Assembly (NCBI GenBank): GCA_040255365.1
Contig: JBDZUY010000010.1
Location: forward strand, 2,556-66,555
Direction: 5' to 3'
DNA: 64,000 nucleotides
DNA from: Hyphomicrobiales bacterium
GTDB lineage: Bacteria; Pseudomonadota; Alphaproteobacteria; Micropepsales; Micropepsaceae
Of the stretch, positions 37,068 to 45,012 are shown piece after piece. A program made the position numbers and the translations under genes. Every line of letters begins with the position of its first letter. Within the stretch, counting starts at the first letter, position 1. The notes beneath the pieces were generated by a model. The model saw only the letters and a program-made list of their open reading frames with translations. It was not told the DNA's origin and searched no databases.

Positions 37068-38222
37068 TTAGTGCGTGCGCGCATAGATTGACCAGATATG
37101 CGCCACCATTTTTGTGTTCTTGTCGGTTTTTACCGCATTGAAAGCATGAAGCGCCGCACTCTTGTCGCCCGCGGCCAGGTGGGCCTGTCCAAGTACCATC
37201 TGCGCAGCATCTTTGTCTTTCACGCCTTTTTTGATTCCGGCCTGAATGGCTGCAACGGCATCCTTCGCACGATCATAGCCGAGAAGATCCTCGCCATAGG
37301 CGACAAGCGCGTCGCCGGTCGGTGAGGCCATCGCGCGTTTCTGTTCGCCAGCAAGCGCGCCAGCATCTTTTGTGGCCTGTGCATTGACCAATTTGGACAA
37401 CCGTATGGACCGCTCGCCCGTGAGCACCTTGGCTGCAAAACCTTTTTCCATGATGGATTTGGCTTCGGCGGGCAGTTTGAGCTGCAAGGCCAGCTGGGCG
37501 GCCAGCGAATAATCATTTGCACCCTGCATCGTATTGGTCAGCAGGCGCAAACGCAGCAGATCAAATGTCTGATGATCGCTAAGACCCTTGGTATGCTCGG
37601 CAGCGCGGATCAGATCTTTCCAATATTCCGGCTTGTTGTAACGCAGAACAAGCTGCTCCAGCGCCTCACGCCGGGCATCATTGTCCCCGCCCTTGTAGGC
37701 CGCACTCAGCATCAGTTCGAGCTTTTGCTGTGTGTTCAGCCCGCTCTGACGCAGATAACGAATGGCACCAGCATAATTGCCGGTCAGATAATACGCCTGC
37801 GCCACGATAAGCTGGCTTTGCGAATCGAAGACGCCATATTTTTTGAGTAGCGCAGCATCTTCGTTGATGACCTGGCTGTACCGGCGTGCGTTGTAATCCG
37901 CGGCAAACTTGGCCTTGGCGCCGGCTGCACTATCAGCACTACCTGAGCCGGTTTTAGCCGCGATATAATCCTTGGTTTGTGCAATCGCCTTGCGCTCGTC
38001 CGATGTCAGTTTGCTGACACCCTCGGCCTTGCGCACCTGGGCAAGCGCTGCAGACCCTTTACCGTCTTTGGCCAGGCTCACTGCCTCTTGCAACGCCTTA
38101 CCCACTTCGGGACGAACGGTGGCGGCTTGTGCAGTCGTTATCGTCAGGGCACCGGCGGTAGCGACCGCCGCCGTTCCCAGAAATATTGCTGCTGTCGCAG
38201 CACGTAGCGAAAATTTCGTCAT
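37068..38222 (-). CDS. secreted TPR-like repeat protein, last gene of the tonB-exbBD operon
   Basis: ATG 38222 (GAGG 7 nt upstream; the track ORF starts at 38234). Signal peptide ...AATAAIFLGTAAVATAGALTITTAQA. Helical repeat composition (AQAYYLTGNYAGAIRYL, LGQAHLAAGDKSAALHAF). Confidence 0.72.
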   Translation of the reverse strand: MTKFSLRAATAAIFLGTAAVATAGALTITTAQAATVRPEVGKALQEAVSLAKDGKGSAALAQVRKAEGVSKLTSDERKAIAQTKDYIAAKTGSGSADSAAGAKAKFAADYNARRYSQVINEDAALLKKYGVFDSQSQLIVAQAYYLTGNYAGAIRYLRQSGLNTQQKLELMLSAAYKGGDNDARREALEQLVLRYNKPEYWKDLIRAAEHTKGLSDHQTFDLLRLRLLTNTMQGANDYSLAAQLALQLKLPAEAKSIMEKGFAAKVLTGERSIRLSKLVNAQATKDAGALAGEQKRAMASPTGDALVAYGEDLLGYDRAKDAVAAIQAGIKKGVKDKDAAQMVLGQAHLAAGDKSAALHAFNAVKTDKNTKMVAHIWSIYARTH

Positions 38223-38299
38223 TTGAGACCTCATTCAACAAGCGCGGTCTCAGTCGCATGCGACCGCATGCCTGCTCTGTTACCGCGGTCGCCCCTCAC

Positions 38300-38725
38300 T
38301 TACTGCATATATTGTTCGTTGCCGACAAATCCAATGTGAATCACACCAAGCCGTTGGGCATCTGCGAGAACCTTGGCCACAGCATCATATTTTGCCAAAC
38401 GATTTGGCTGGAGATGAATTTCCGGCTGCGGGTCCTTGCTGGCCGCAATGGCGAGATAATCATCCAGTGTTTTGCGATCTGGAACGGGCGTACCGTTCCA
38501 GATTGGCGTGCCATCAAAGTCGATCTCCAAGGTCACCACAACGGGCGGTGTCGGAGGCGGCGCATCGCTGGGCCGTGGCATATCCAATTTCACCGCATTG
38601 GTTTGAATTGGAATGGTGATAATGAGCATCACGAGCATCACGAGCAAGACGTCGATCAACGGCGTCGTGTTCATCTCGACCATGACATCGCCGTCGCCGC
38701 TACTCGGTCCAACCTTCATTGCCAT
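38300..38725 (-). CDS. exbD: ExbD/TolR family biopolymer transport protein
   Basis: 141 aa. Motifs MNTTPLIDVLLVMLVMLIIT and a conserved membrane Asp, with an ExbD periplasmic domain. Confidence 0.88.
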   Translation of the reverse strand: MAMKVGPSSGDGDVMVEMNTTPLIDVLLVMLVMLIITIPIQTNAVKLDMPRPSDAPPPTPPVVVTLEIDFDGTPIWNGTPVPDRKTLDDYLAIAASKDPQPEIHLQPNRLAKYDAVAKVLADAQRLGVIHIGFVGNEQYMQ

Positions 38726-38766
38726 CAGTGCATACCTTCTATCCGCCGTTGACGGCTCTGCTAGTA

Positions 38767-39192
38767 CTACTCGTTACGCGGTTCGGTCAGAAACCCGACC
38801 TTTTGAATACCCGCACGCTGAAGGTCCACGACGATACGGCCGATGGCCTCAAAACGAACATCCTTGTCGCCACGAATGTGAACCTCAGGCTGCGGCACAA
38901 GAACCGCTTTCTCTTTCAGCTTATCGACAAGAGAATCGTTCGACGTAATAAGAGCGTTGTTCCAATAAACGTTCTCATCCTTATCGACCGCAAGCACGAT
39001 GTTCTCAGGCTTGGTTTGCGTTGGGATATTTCTCGCATTGGGAAGCGTAAGCGGAACCTGCTTCAGCACCACCGGAACGGTGATAAGAAAAATGATCAGC
39101 AGGACCAACATCACGTCTGTCAACGGGACGACGTTCATGTCGGTGTTTAGTTCCGCGCCGCCCTTGTCCGCCGATGTTACGTTAATGGCCAT
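38767..39192 (-). CDS. exbD: ExbD/TolR family biopolymer transport protein
   Basis: 141 aa. Motif MNVVPLTDVMLVLLIIFLIT. A second ExbD paralogue in tandem. Confidence 0.88.
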   Translation of the reverse strand: MAINVTSADKGGAELNTDMNVVPLTDVMLVLLIIFLITVPVVLKQVPLTLPNARNIPTQTKPENIVLAVDKDENVYWNNALITSNDSLVDKLKEKAVLVPQPEVHIRGDKDVRFEAIGRIVVDLQRAGIQKVGFLTEPRNE

Positions 39193-39235
39193 TACAACTT
39201 ACTCCGCATCCAATACCGAACCCCAAAAAGGCGGC

Positions 39236-40156
39236 TCATTTGCCCTTGTTGGTGACGAGGTACTGCTGCAAATCACTGGCAAAAGCGCGCAGCTTTTCGT
39301 TGATCGTTTTGTTGCGGCCGACCAGGTAGTTATAAAGCAGCACCGCAGGCACAGCCACAGCAAGACCGAGTGCAGTCGCGATCAAGGCTTCACCCACCGG
39401 GCCCGCAACCTTGTCGATCGAGGCCTGACCGGCGACGCCGATAGCAACCAGGGCGTTCAAGATACCCCAAACGGTGCCGAACAGACCGACAAACGGTGAC
39501 ACAGAACCCACCGACGCAAGGAATGAAACACCGCCCTGCAACCGCGCATTGATTTCTTCGAGCTGCCGGTTCAGCGACATGCCAATCCAGTCACTGACAT
39601 TAACAATGCCTGAGCCACCAGAATTGGCCGATTTAACGCCGATCTCAGCGACACCGCGGAAGACCGAGTTCTTGGGGAGCTTGTCGATACCTTCGTTGAG
39701 GTTGTTCGAGGACCAGAAGCGCTTTTCTACCTGCTTGGCCTGACCAAGCATGCGTGCCTGTTCCCAGTACTTCGTAAAGAAGATGTACCAAGTGCCGATT
39801 GACATGAGCGCCAGCACAATAATGACGCCGCGGATCACAAAATCACCGTCTCTCCAGAAAGCCTCCAGACCATAAGGATTGGAAGCGTGTGCGTCTGGCG
39901 CACTCATATCGGCAGCCGTCGGTTCGCTGGCCGCAGGCGCGGCCATCGCATCACCGGCTGGCGCGGGCGTACCCGTCGCGTCAGGTGCTGCGGCATCGCC
40001 CGGCGCTGCCATACCCGGCGTGGCCATCGCTGGCGCACCGGTATCGGTTGTGGCGGCAGGGGTGTTGTCCTGCGCGTCTTGGGCGGAAGCCTGCCCGACG
40101 CTCAAACCGGTCAGGAGGACGAAGGCGGCGGCGAACGCCAGGTGTTTCGACATCAT
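39236..40156 (-). CDS. exbB: MotA/TolQ/ExbB proton-channel protein with long N-terminal extension
   Basis: 306 aa. Signal peptide (MMSKHLAFAAAFVLLTGLSVGQASA) plus a ~90-aa Ala/Pro/Asp-rich region. The ExbB core follows (SPFVGLFGTVWGI, AGPVGEALIATALGL). Confidence 0.9.
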   Translation of the reverse strand: MMSKHLAFAAAFVLLTGLSVGQASAQDAQDNTPAATTDTGAPAMATPGMAAPGDAAAPDATGTPAPAGDAMAAPAASEPTAADMSAPDAHASNPYGLEAFWRDGDFVIRGVIIVLALMSIGTWYIFFTKYWEQARMLGQAKQVEKRFWSSNNLNEGIDKLPKNSVFRGVAEIGVKSANSGGSGIVNVSDWIGMSLNRQLEEINARLQGGVSFLASVGSVSPFVGLFGTVWGILNALVAIGVAGQASIDKVAGPVGEALIATALGLAVAVPAVLLYNYLVGRNKTINEKLRAFASDLQQYLVTNKGK

Positions 40157-40222
40157 TTCTGCACTACTCCGTAAATGGAATGAACCAATTGGTATGCCCT
40201 AAAATAGAGCAAACCCCCTATC

Positions 40223-40846
40223 TCAATTGAACTTGAACCGTACGGCAGCCTTCGTCGTGATTGCGATAGGGTTGCCGCCTTGTGTGGCAGGATGTTGACG
40301 CCAACGCGTCTTAATGCAGCGAAGTGCGGCATCATCAAGGCGGTCAAAGCCGCTTGATTTATCGACAGATGCATCGGTTACAGAACCGTCTACACCGACC
40401 GAATACTTAATCACCACAACGCCGGACTGACCCAAACGCTGTGCGATCGGCGGATAAAAGCTGTCACAATTGTGCGAACGCCCAATCGCGCGCGGCGGAA
40501 CAATATTTGTGGCGACCGGCTGGCGTGTCTGCACCGCTGCGATTGCACTTGTCGGGCCAGTGTTGGCCTGAATGGAAATTTCCGGCGGCGGCACAAAGGG
40601 TGGCGGCGGCTTGGCAAGATCCGGCGGCGGCGGCGGCGGTGTCTTGTCCAGATCCGGCGGCGTCTCCTTCATGATCTTTACCTGCACGTCCTCGGTAACT
40701 TTCTTAACCACGGACGTTGCAAGACCCGTGGCCAATGCATAGATCACAAAAACGTGGAGAAGTCCCACAAGCCCGATGCTGACGAAGCGGCGGGGGGAAG
40801 CTGGGCTGGACTGAAACGCCCGCATGTCACGATCTGGTTGCTGCAT
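40223..40846 (-). CDS. tonB: TonB family energy transducer
   Basis: 207 aa. TM (FVSIGLVGLLHVFVIYALA), Pro-rich spacer (KTPPPPPPDLAKPPPPFVPPPE), and a C-terminal TonB domain (YPPIAQRLGQSGVVVIKYSVGVDGSV). Confidence 0.85.
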   Translation of the reverse strand: MQQPDRDMRAFQSSPASPRRFVSIGLVGLLHVFVIYALATGLATSVVKKVTEDVQVKIMKETPPDLDKTPPPPPPDLAKPPPPFVPPPEISIQANTGPTSAIAAVQTRQPVATNIVPPRAIGRSHNCDSFYPPIAQRLGQSGVVVIKYSVGVDGSVTDASVDKSSGFDRLDDAALRCIKTRWRQHPATQGGNPIAITTKAAVRFKFN

Positions 40847-40860
40847 AGCTTATTGTACCC

Positions 40861-40893
40861 ACGCAAAACTAAACCCGGCAACTACTCGCCGGG
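40861..40893 (-). promoter_or_regulatory. terminator-like leader hairpin just upstream of tonB
   Basis: On the minus strand it reads (A)CCCGGC-gaguaguu-GCCGGG(U) followed by UUAGUUUUGCG. The U-rich tail ends 14 nt before the tonB ATG (40846). Confidence 0.35.
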
Positions 40894-41319
40894 TCCGGCG
40901 GTTATGGACCAGCTTCACGTAAACCCCTCCCCAAACACCGCTGCGCGTCCGCGGCTTCTTCGTGTTCTTTTGATACATCGTAATCATCGTTGGTGACACG
41001 GTCCAGCTTTTCAAATGGTAAACGGCGACATTATTCACAACGTAGCTCCAGAAAAATGGGCAACGCTGCCTCAGCACCGTTCTGCCATGTTCTGCGGTGA
41101 ATACAAATCCCCAACAGCACCTATTCCAAAAGACCAATGCCCCGGATGGGTATGCGGCGAATCGTTCCACCTTCGAATTTTCAACCTTTCACAGGGTGCA
41201 ACGCCAACATGGCCAAAATGCGATGTTGCGAATTTCTTGCGCAACAAGCTTGCGCAAGTCGCACATTCTAACGGTTGCAAAGCACGCATCGCGTTGACCG
41301 CATCACTGACTGAAGATAG

Positions 41320-41490
41320 CTTGCCGTTACGCGCGAGGTTCCCCGCAAGGGATTTAAGGGAACGCGGTTTAAACCCGCGGCTGCCCCCGCAACTGTAACC
41401 GGCGAGTGATCGTCCACCATGCCACTGAGGCCAAAAAGCCTTGGGAAGGCGGGCGAAAACGAAGACCCGGAAGCCAGGAGACCTGCCCCG
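41320..41490 (+). promoter_or_regulatory. cobalamin (B12) riboswitch
   Basis: Conserved elements read directly: GGTTCCCC...AAGGGAAC, GCTGCCCCCGCAACTGTAA, GCCACTG, GGGAAGGC, and the B12 box AAGCCAGGAGACCTGCC at 41471-41487. It lies upstream of a TonB-dependent receptor. Boundaries are approximate. Confidence 0.85.
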
Positions 41491-41643
41491 CGCTGTCGTC
41501 CTGTTTCCGGCCGGGGTGTGCCGGGGACCGCGGTGTGACCGCTGTGGCGACATGTCGAGTCGTTGCTGCGGGGGGCCGGTCAGGTCATGTACACCAGTCA
41601 GGTCATATACACCGGAAATTGTTTCTGCTGCTCCGCAGGGCGG

Positions 41644-41665
41644 CTCCTGAACCGCGTTCCAGGAG
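41644..41665 (+). promoter_or_regulatory. SD-sequestering hairpin (putative riboswitch expression platform)
   Basis: CTCCTG (41644-41649) pairs with CAGGAG (41660-41665). The latter contains the AGGAG Shine-Dalgarno sequence 6 nt before ATG 41672. Confidence 0.45.
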
Positions 41666-41671
41666 AACCCC

Positions 41672-43606
41672 ATGCGAAAATTATCACGCGTTCATTCAAC
41701 GTTCCTATGTCTCACATTTGCGTGTGCAACACCTGCACTCGCCGCTGATCTGGATCAGATCGACACGATTGTTGTTACAGCGACACGTACAGCACAACCG
41801 CGCGAGCACACCGGCACGTCCATTTCCGTCATCACGGCACAGGATTTGGCGAATCGGCAGATCGTTGCGGTATCGGATGCGTTGGCTGAAACGCCGGGTC
41901 TGACGATTGTGCGCAATGGCGGGCTGGGCCAGACCACGGCCATTGGCCTGCGCGGCGCAACGGCGGGGCAATCGCTTGTGCTGATCGACGGTGTGCGTAT
42001 CAACGATCCCAGTGCGACCGACGGGCCTGCTTTGATCGGTGATGTTCTGGTCAACAATATCGAGCGCATCGAAGTATTACGCGGCCCCCAGAGCACACTT
42101 TACGGCAGCGATGCGATTGGCGGTGTCATCAATATTCTGTCAAAGCGCGGCGGGCCTACCCCGTTTGCACTGACCGCTAGCGGCGAGGCCGGATCTTTCG
42201 ATACATACCGACTGAATGCCGCTGCGAATGGAACCGCCAGGAATGTGGATTACGGGGCGGCGATAAATTTTCTGCACAGCAACGGCATTTCGGCGGCCGA
42301 CGCACGAAACGGAAATACCGAAACTGACGGCTATCGCAATTTTGGTGCGACCGGCACCATGCGCTGGCACCTCAGCGATACGATCTCGCTTGATCTGCGC
42401 AGCTATTACACGTCCGCCCGTGCAGACTATGACGGCTATCCGCCACCCATCTACACCTTTCAGGATGATGGCGAATACAGCACCAACATGTTGCTGACAG
42501 GCTATGCCGGCATCAACGCCGATCTGTTCGGCGGGCGCTTGCACAACCGCATCGCGGTAATCGGGCTGACCAGCAAACGAAAATCTTTCGACGACCCATC
42601 ACTCTTGCCCCTGCACGAAGCATTCCTCGCAAAAGGCAAACTCACGCGCTTTGAATATGAGGGCGTGTTCGACCTTAACCGCACCAACCAGATTACTTTT
42701 GGGGCAGAGACCCAGCGCAGCACCCTGAAAACGCATAGCGGTTACGACCCGACGCCGGTGCCGACACGCGGGCACACACGGATCGACAGTGTCTATGGCC
42801 AGTGGGTTACGACATTGTTTGACAGCCTGACCTTAAGCGGCGGCATACGTCACGATCATGATCAAAGTTTTGGCGGCCATACCTCAGCCAAAGTCACCGG
42901 GGCGTGGCAGGTGTGGTATGGCACGACCTTGCGCGCCAATTATGGTGACGGCTTTAAAGCACCGACGCTCTATGAACTTTTCTCGCAATATTCCAACCCC
43001 GTTACCGGGCTGGCGCCGGAAAAGGCGCGCGGCTGGGAAGCAGGAATTGATCAGAATTTTTTGCACGGACGCATACGCGCCTCGCTGACTTATTTCGAGC
43101 GCAAGACCAAGGACCAGATCGATTTCTTTTCGTGCTTTGGCGTTACCTCACCAGCATGCACGCTGCGTGCGGCACAGGGTGGCTATTATTACAATGTAAC
43201 CCGCACACGTGCGCGTGGTTTTGAATTCGCAGTACGGGGCGAAATTGTTGACGGGCTAAACCTGTCGGCCGATTACACCAACATGACGGCCATTGATCGC
43301 ACAACCGGCACAGATTTGGCGCGCCGGCCGCATATTATGGCAAACGCAAATTTGAACTGGTCGCCACGCAATACATGGTCGCTTGGTGCCGGGCTTTCCT
43401 ATGTTGGCAAACGCTATGATGGATCGGGCGGCTTCAACCCGCTTGCCAGTCATACACTCGTCAATCTGTTTGGCGCGTATCCGCTGAGCAGCAACATCGA
43501 TGTATATGGCCGCGTCGAAAATCTGTTTGATGCGCAGTATGAACCCGTGGCCGGTTATGGGGCACCGGGCCGTGCTGCCTATATGGGCATTCGCTTGCGT
43601 ACCTGA
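41672..43606 (+). CDS. btuB: TonB-dependent receptor, vitamin B12 transporter BtuB-like
   Basis: 644 aa. Signal peptide ...ATPALA, TonB box DTIVVTATR, plug motifs (LRGATAGQSLVLIDGVRIND, IEVLRGPQSTLYGSDAIGGVINI), and barrel length. A cobalamin riboswitch lies in the leader. Confidence 0.87.
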   Translation: MRKLSRVHSTFLCLTFACATPALAADLDQIDTIVVTATRTAQPREHTGTSISVITAQDLANRQIVAVSDALAETPGLTIVRNGGLGQTTAIGLRGATAGQSLVLIDGVRINDPSATDGPALIGDVLVNNIERIEVLRGPQSTLYGSDAIGGVINILSKRGGPTPFALTASGEAGSFDTYRLNAAANGTARNVDYGAAINFLHSNGISAADARNGNTETDGYRNFGATGTMRWHLSDTISLDLRSYYTSARADYDGYPPPIYTFQDDGEYSTNMLLTGYAGINADLFGGRLHNRIAVIGLTSKRKSFDDPSLLPLHEAFLAKGKLTRFEYEGVFDLNRTNQITFGAETQRSTLKTHSGYDPTPVPTRGHTRIDSVYGQWVTTLFDSLTLSGGIRHDHDQSFGGHTSAKVTGAWQVWYGTTLRANYGDGFKAPTLYELFSQYSNPVTGLAPEKARGWEAGIDQNFLHGRIRASLTYFERKTKDQIDFFSCFGVTSPACTLRAAQGGYYYNVTRTRARGFEFAVRGEIVDGLNLSADYTNMTAIDRTTGTDLARRPHIMANANLNWSPRNTWSLGAGLSYVGKRYDGSGGFNPLASHTLVNLFGAYPLSSNIDVYGRVENLFDAQYEPVAGYGAPGRAAYMGIRLRT

Positions 43607-43627
43607 CACAGCAAATGTTGCAAACGT

Positions 43628-43657
43628 CCGGTGCGGAGAATTCCATTTCCGTACCGG
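43628..43657. terminator. hairpin between convergent btuB and response-regulator genes
   Basis: CCGGTGCGGA-gaattccatt-TCCGTACCGG forms a 10-bp stem with one G-U pair. There is only a weak T-rich tail (CTTTCTT) further downstream. Confidence 0.35.
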
Positions 43658-43681
43658 GCGGCTGTGGCTTTCTTCAAGAAC

Positions 43682-44092
43682 CTAAACCGCTCCCAAACGC
43701 GCTAAAGAGTCGTGCAATGTCGCACGATCAAATGGCTTCATCACGTACTCATTAGCACCAGCACGCATTGCTTCACGAATATGCTCGGCATTATTTTCCA
43801 TTGTGCAGAGCAAAACGATGGGAGTCGTGCCTTCGCGCTGGCTGCGCAATACACGCAAAAATTCCAGGCCATTCATGTTGGGCATGTTTTCATCGAGCAA
43901 AATGACATCCGGCATTTCGGTGCGGCAATGATCGAGCGCGTCTAGCCCATCCTCTGCCTCATTCGCGGCAAAGTTCATGGTTTCCAAAATTTTGCATGCA
44001 ACTTTGCGAATGACCCTGCTGTCATCCACGACCAGACAATGCTTCACGGCAACGACCCTCCGAACGGTGGCACAGGCCACCTTCGGATTCAC
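43682..44092 (-). CDS. CheY-like single-domain response regulator
   Basis: 136 aa receiver domain: VVDDSRVIRK, phospho-acceptor context VILLDENMPNMNG, and conserved T and K (LLCT, VMKPF). Immediately downstream of chpT. Confidence 0.85.
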   Translation of the reverse strand: MNPKVACATVRRVVAVKHCLVVDDSRVIRKVACKILETMNFAANEAEDGLDALDHCRTEMPDVILLDENMPNMNGLEFLRVLRSQREGTTPIVLLCTMENNAEHIREAMRAGANEYVMKPFDRATLHDSLARLGAV

Positions 44093-44124
44093 CTTAGGCG
44101 CGAGCTGGTAAACGTTGGCTGAAC

Positions 44125-44805
44125 CTATCCAGCGACAAGCTGGACGGCATTTTCGCTGGCCGTCACGGTCAGCCCGGCATTCAGCGTGCGGGCCAGACGG
44201 TGGGTCAAAAACGGCTGAATGCTACGCCCGTCCAGGACATCTGCTGGCTCCCCGCGCAGCGCCTTTTCCATCTCGTCCTGCAACCTTGCCCCCTGCCCGG
44301 TAGCGCGCACCGTAAAACCGGGCATGGCTGGATCATTTGCGCTTTCGACATGAACCTGACCACCACGCGGCAAGCAATCTGTTGCAACCAAGGTCACGTT
44401 CATCAAGAGTTTGGCCCAATCCTTTGGCCAGTTCACATTCGCGACAGCCCATTCGACCTGCACTTTGCTGCCCGCAATGAGTCCCTTCACGATCCGGCCT
44501 ACCTCAGTCAGATCAAGCTCGGCCCCGGCTGAACCGGCCGCGCCAAAGGCGATGCGGGCAAATTGCAGGCGTGCCGCGGCCTGATCGGCACTGGATACCA
44601 CCAGCTTCAGCGCATCAGCGCGCATCGCCGCATCGCGCTCGTCCTCCAGCACTTCCAGCCCGTTGACCACAGCGCCTACGGGGCTCACAAGATCATGACA
44701 GACACGGCTGACCAGCAGCGCTGCAAACTCTAGGTCGTTCATCGATATTCCATCTCCGCGCTGGGAAAATATGGTTTGCAATTGGTAATCGTCGGCTGTG
44801 CGCAT
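44125..44805 (-). CDS. chpT: histidine phosphotransferase ChpT
   Basis: Collinear with Caulobacter ChpT as I recall it (FAALLVSRVCHDLVSPVGAVVNGLEVLED...LQFARIAFGA). The start could be 44805 or the internal ATG at 44742 (MNDLEF...). Confidence 0.85.
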   Translation of the reverse strand: MRTADDYQLQTIFSQRGDGISMNDLEFAALLVSRVCHDLVSPVGAVVNGLEVLEDERDAAMRADALKLVVSSADQAAARLQFARIAFGAAGSAGAELDLTEVGRIVKGLIAGSKVQVEWAVANVNWPKDWAKLLMNVTLVATDCLPRGGQVHVESANDPAMPGFTVRATGQGARLQDEMEKALRGEPADVLDGRSIQPFLTHRLARTLNAGLTVTASENAVQLVAG

Positions 44806-44820
44806 TAAGGAATAATTAAG

Positions 44821-45012
44821 ATGGGATCAACCTTCGCACCGGGGCAATGGGTTCGCCTGCCAGCGGCCCCGCAATGGGGCCGGGGCCAGGTGCAGTCGGT
44901 GGCAGGACACCGCGTGACCGTGAATTTTGAACATGGCGGCAAACAGCTTATCGACACACGCAATGCCAGCCTTCAGACCATCGAGCCCGCAGGAGATTTT
45001 CCAGCCTCATGA
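44821..45012 (+). CDS. DUF3553 family small protein
   Basis: 63 aa with the pattern GQWVRLPAAPQWGRGQVQSV.G.RVTVNFEHGG, typical of DUF3553. Its stop overlaps the cysQ start (ATGA at 45009-45012). Confidence 0.7.
   Translation: MGSTFAPGQWVRLPAAPQWGRGQVQSVAGHRVTVNFEHGGKQLIDTRNASLQTIEPAGDFPAS

Noticed and set aside
40972-40991. A Fur-box-like sequence GATACATCGTAATCATCGTT upstream of the tonB operon.
   Set aside because: Only about 10 of 19 positions match the GATAATGATAATCATTATC consensus. Many alphaproteobacteria use Irr/RirA rather than Fur for iron control, and I found no ICE (TTTAGAA-N3-TTCTAAA) or clear IRO motif either.
40850-41170. A 106-aa minus-strand ORF ending 3 nt before tonB (internal start would give MITMYQKNTKKPRTRSGVWGG...).
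   Set aside because: It has no Shine-Dalgarno sequence, atypical composition, and a 3' end that coincides with a terminator-like hairpin. I kept only the hairpin as an observation. A short leader peptide cannot be fully excluded.
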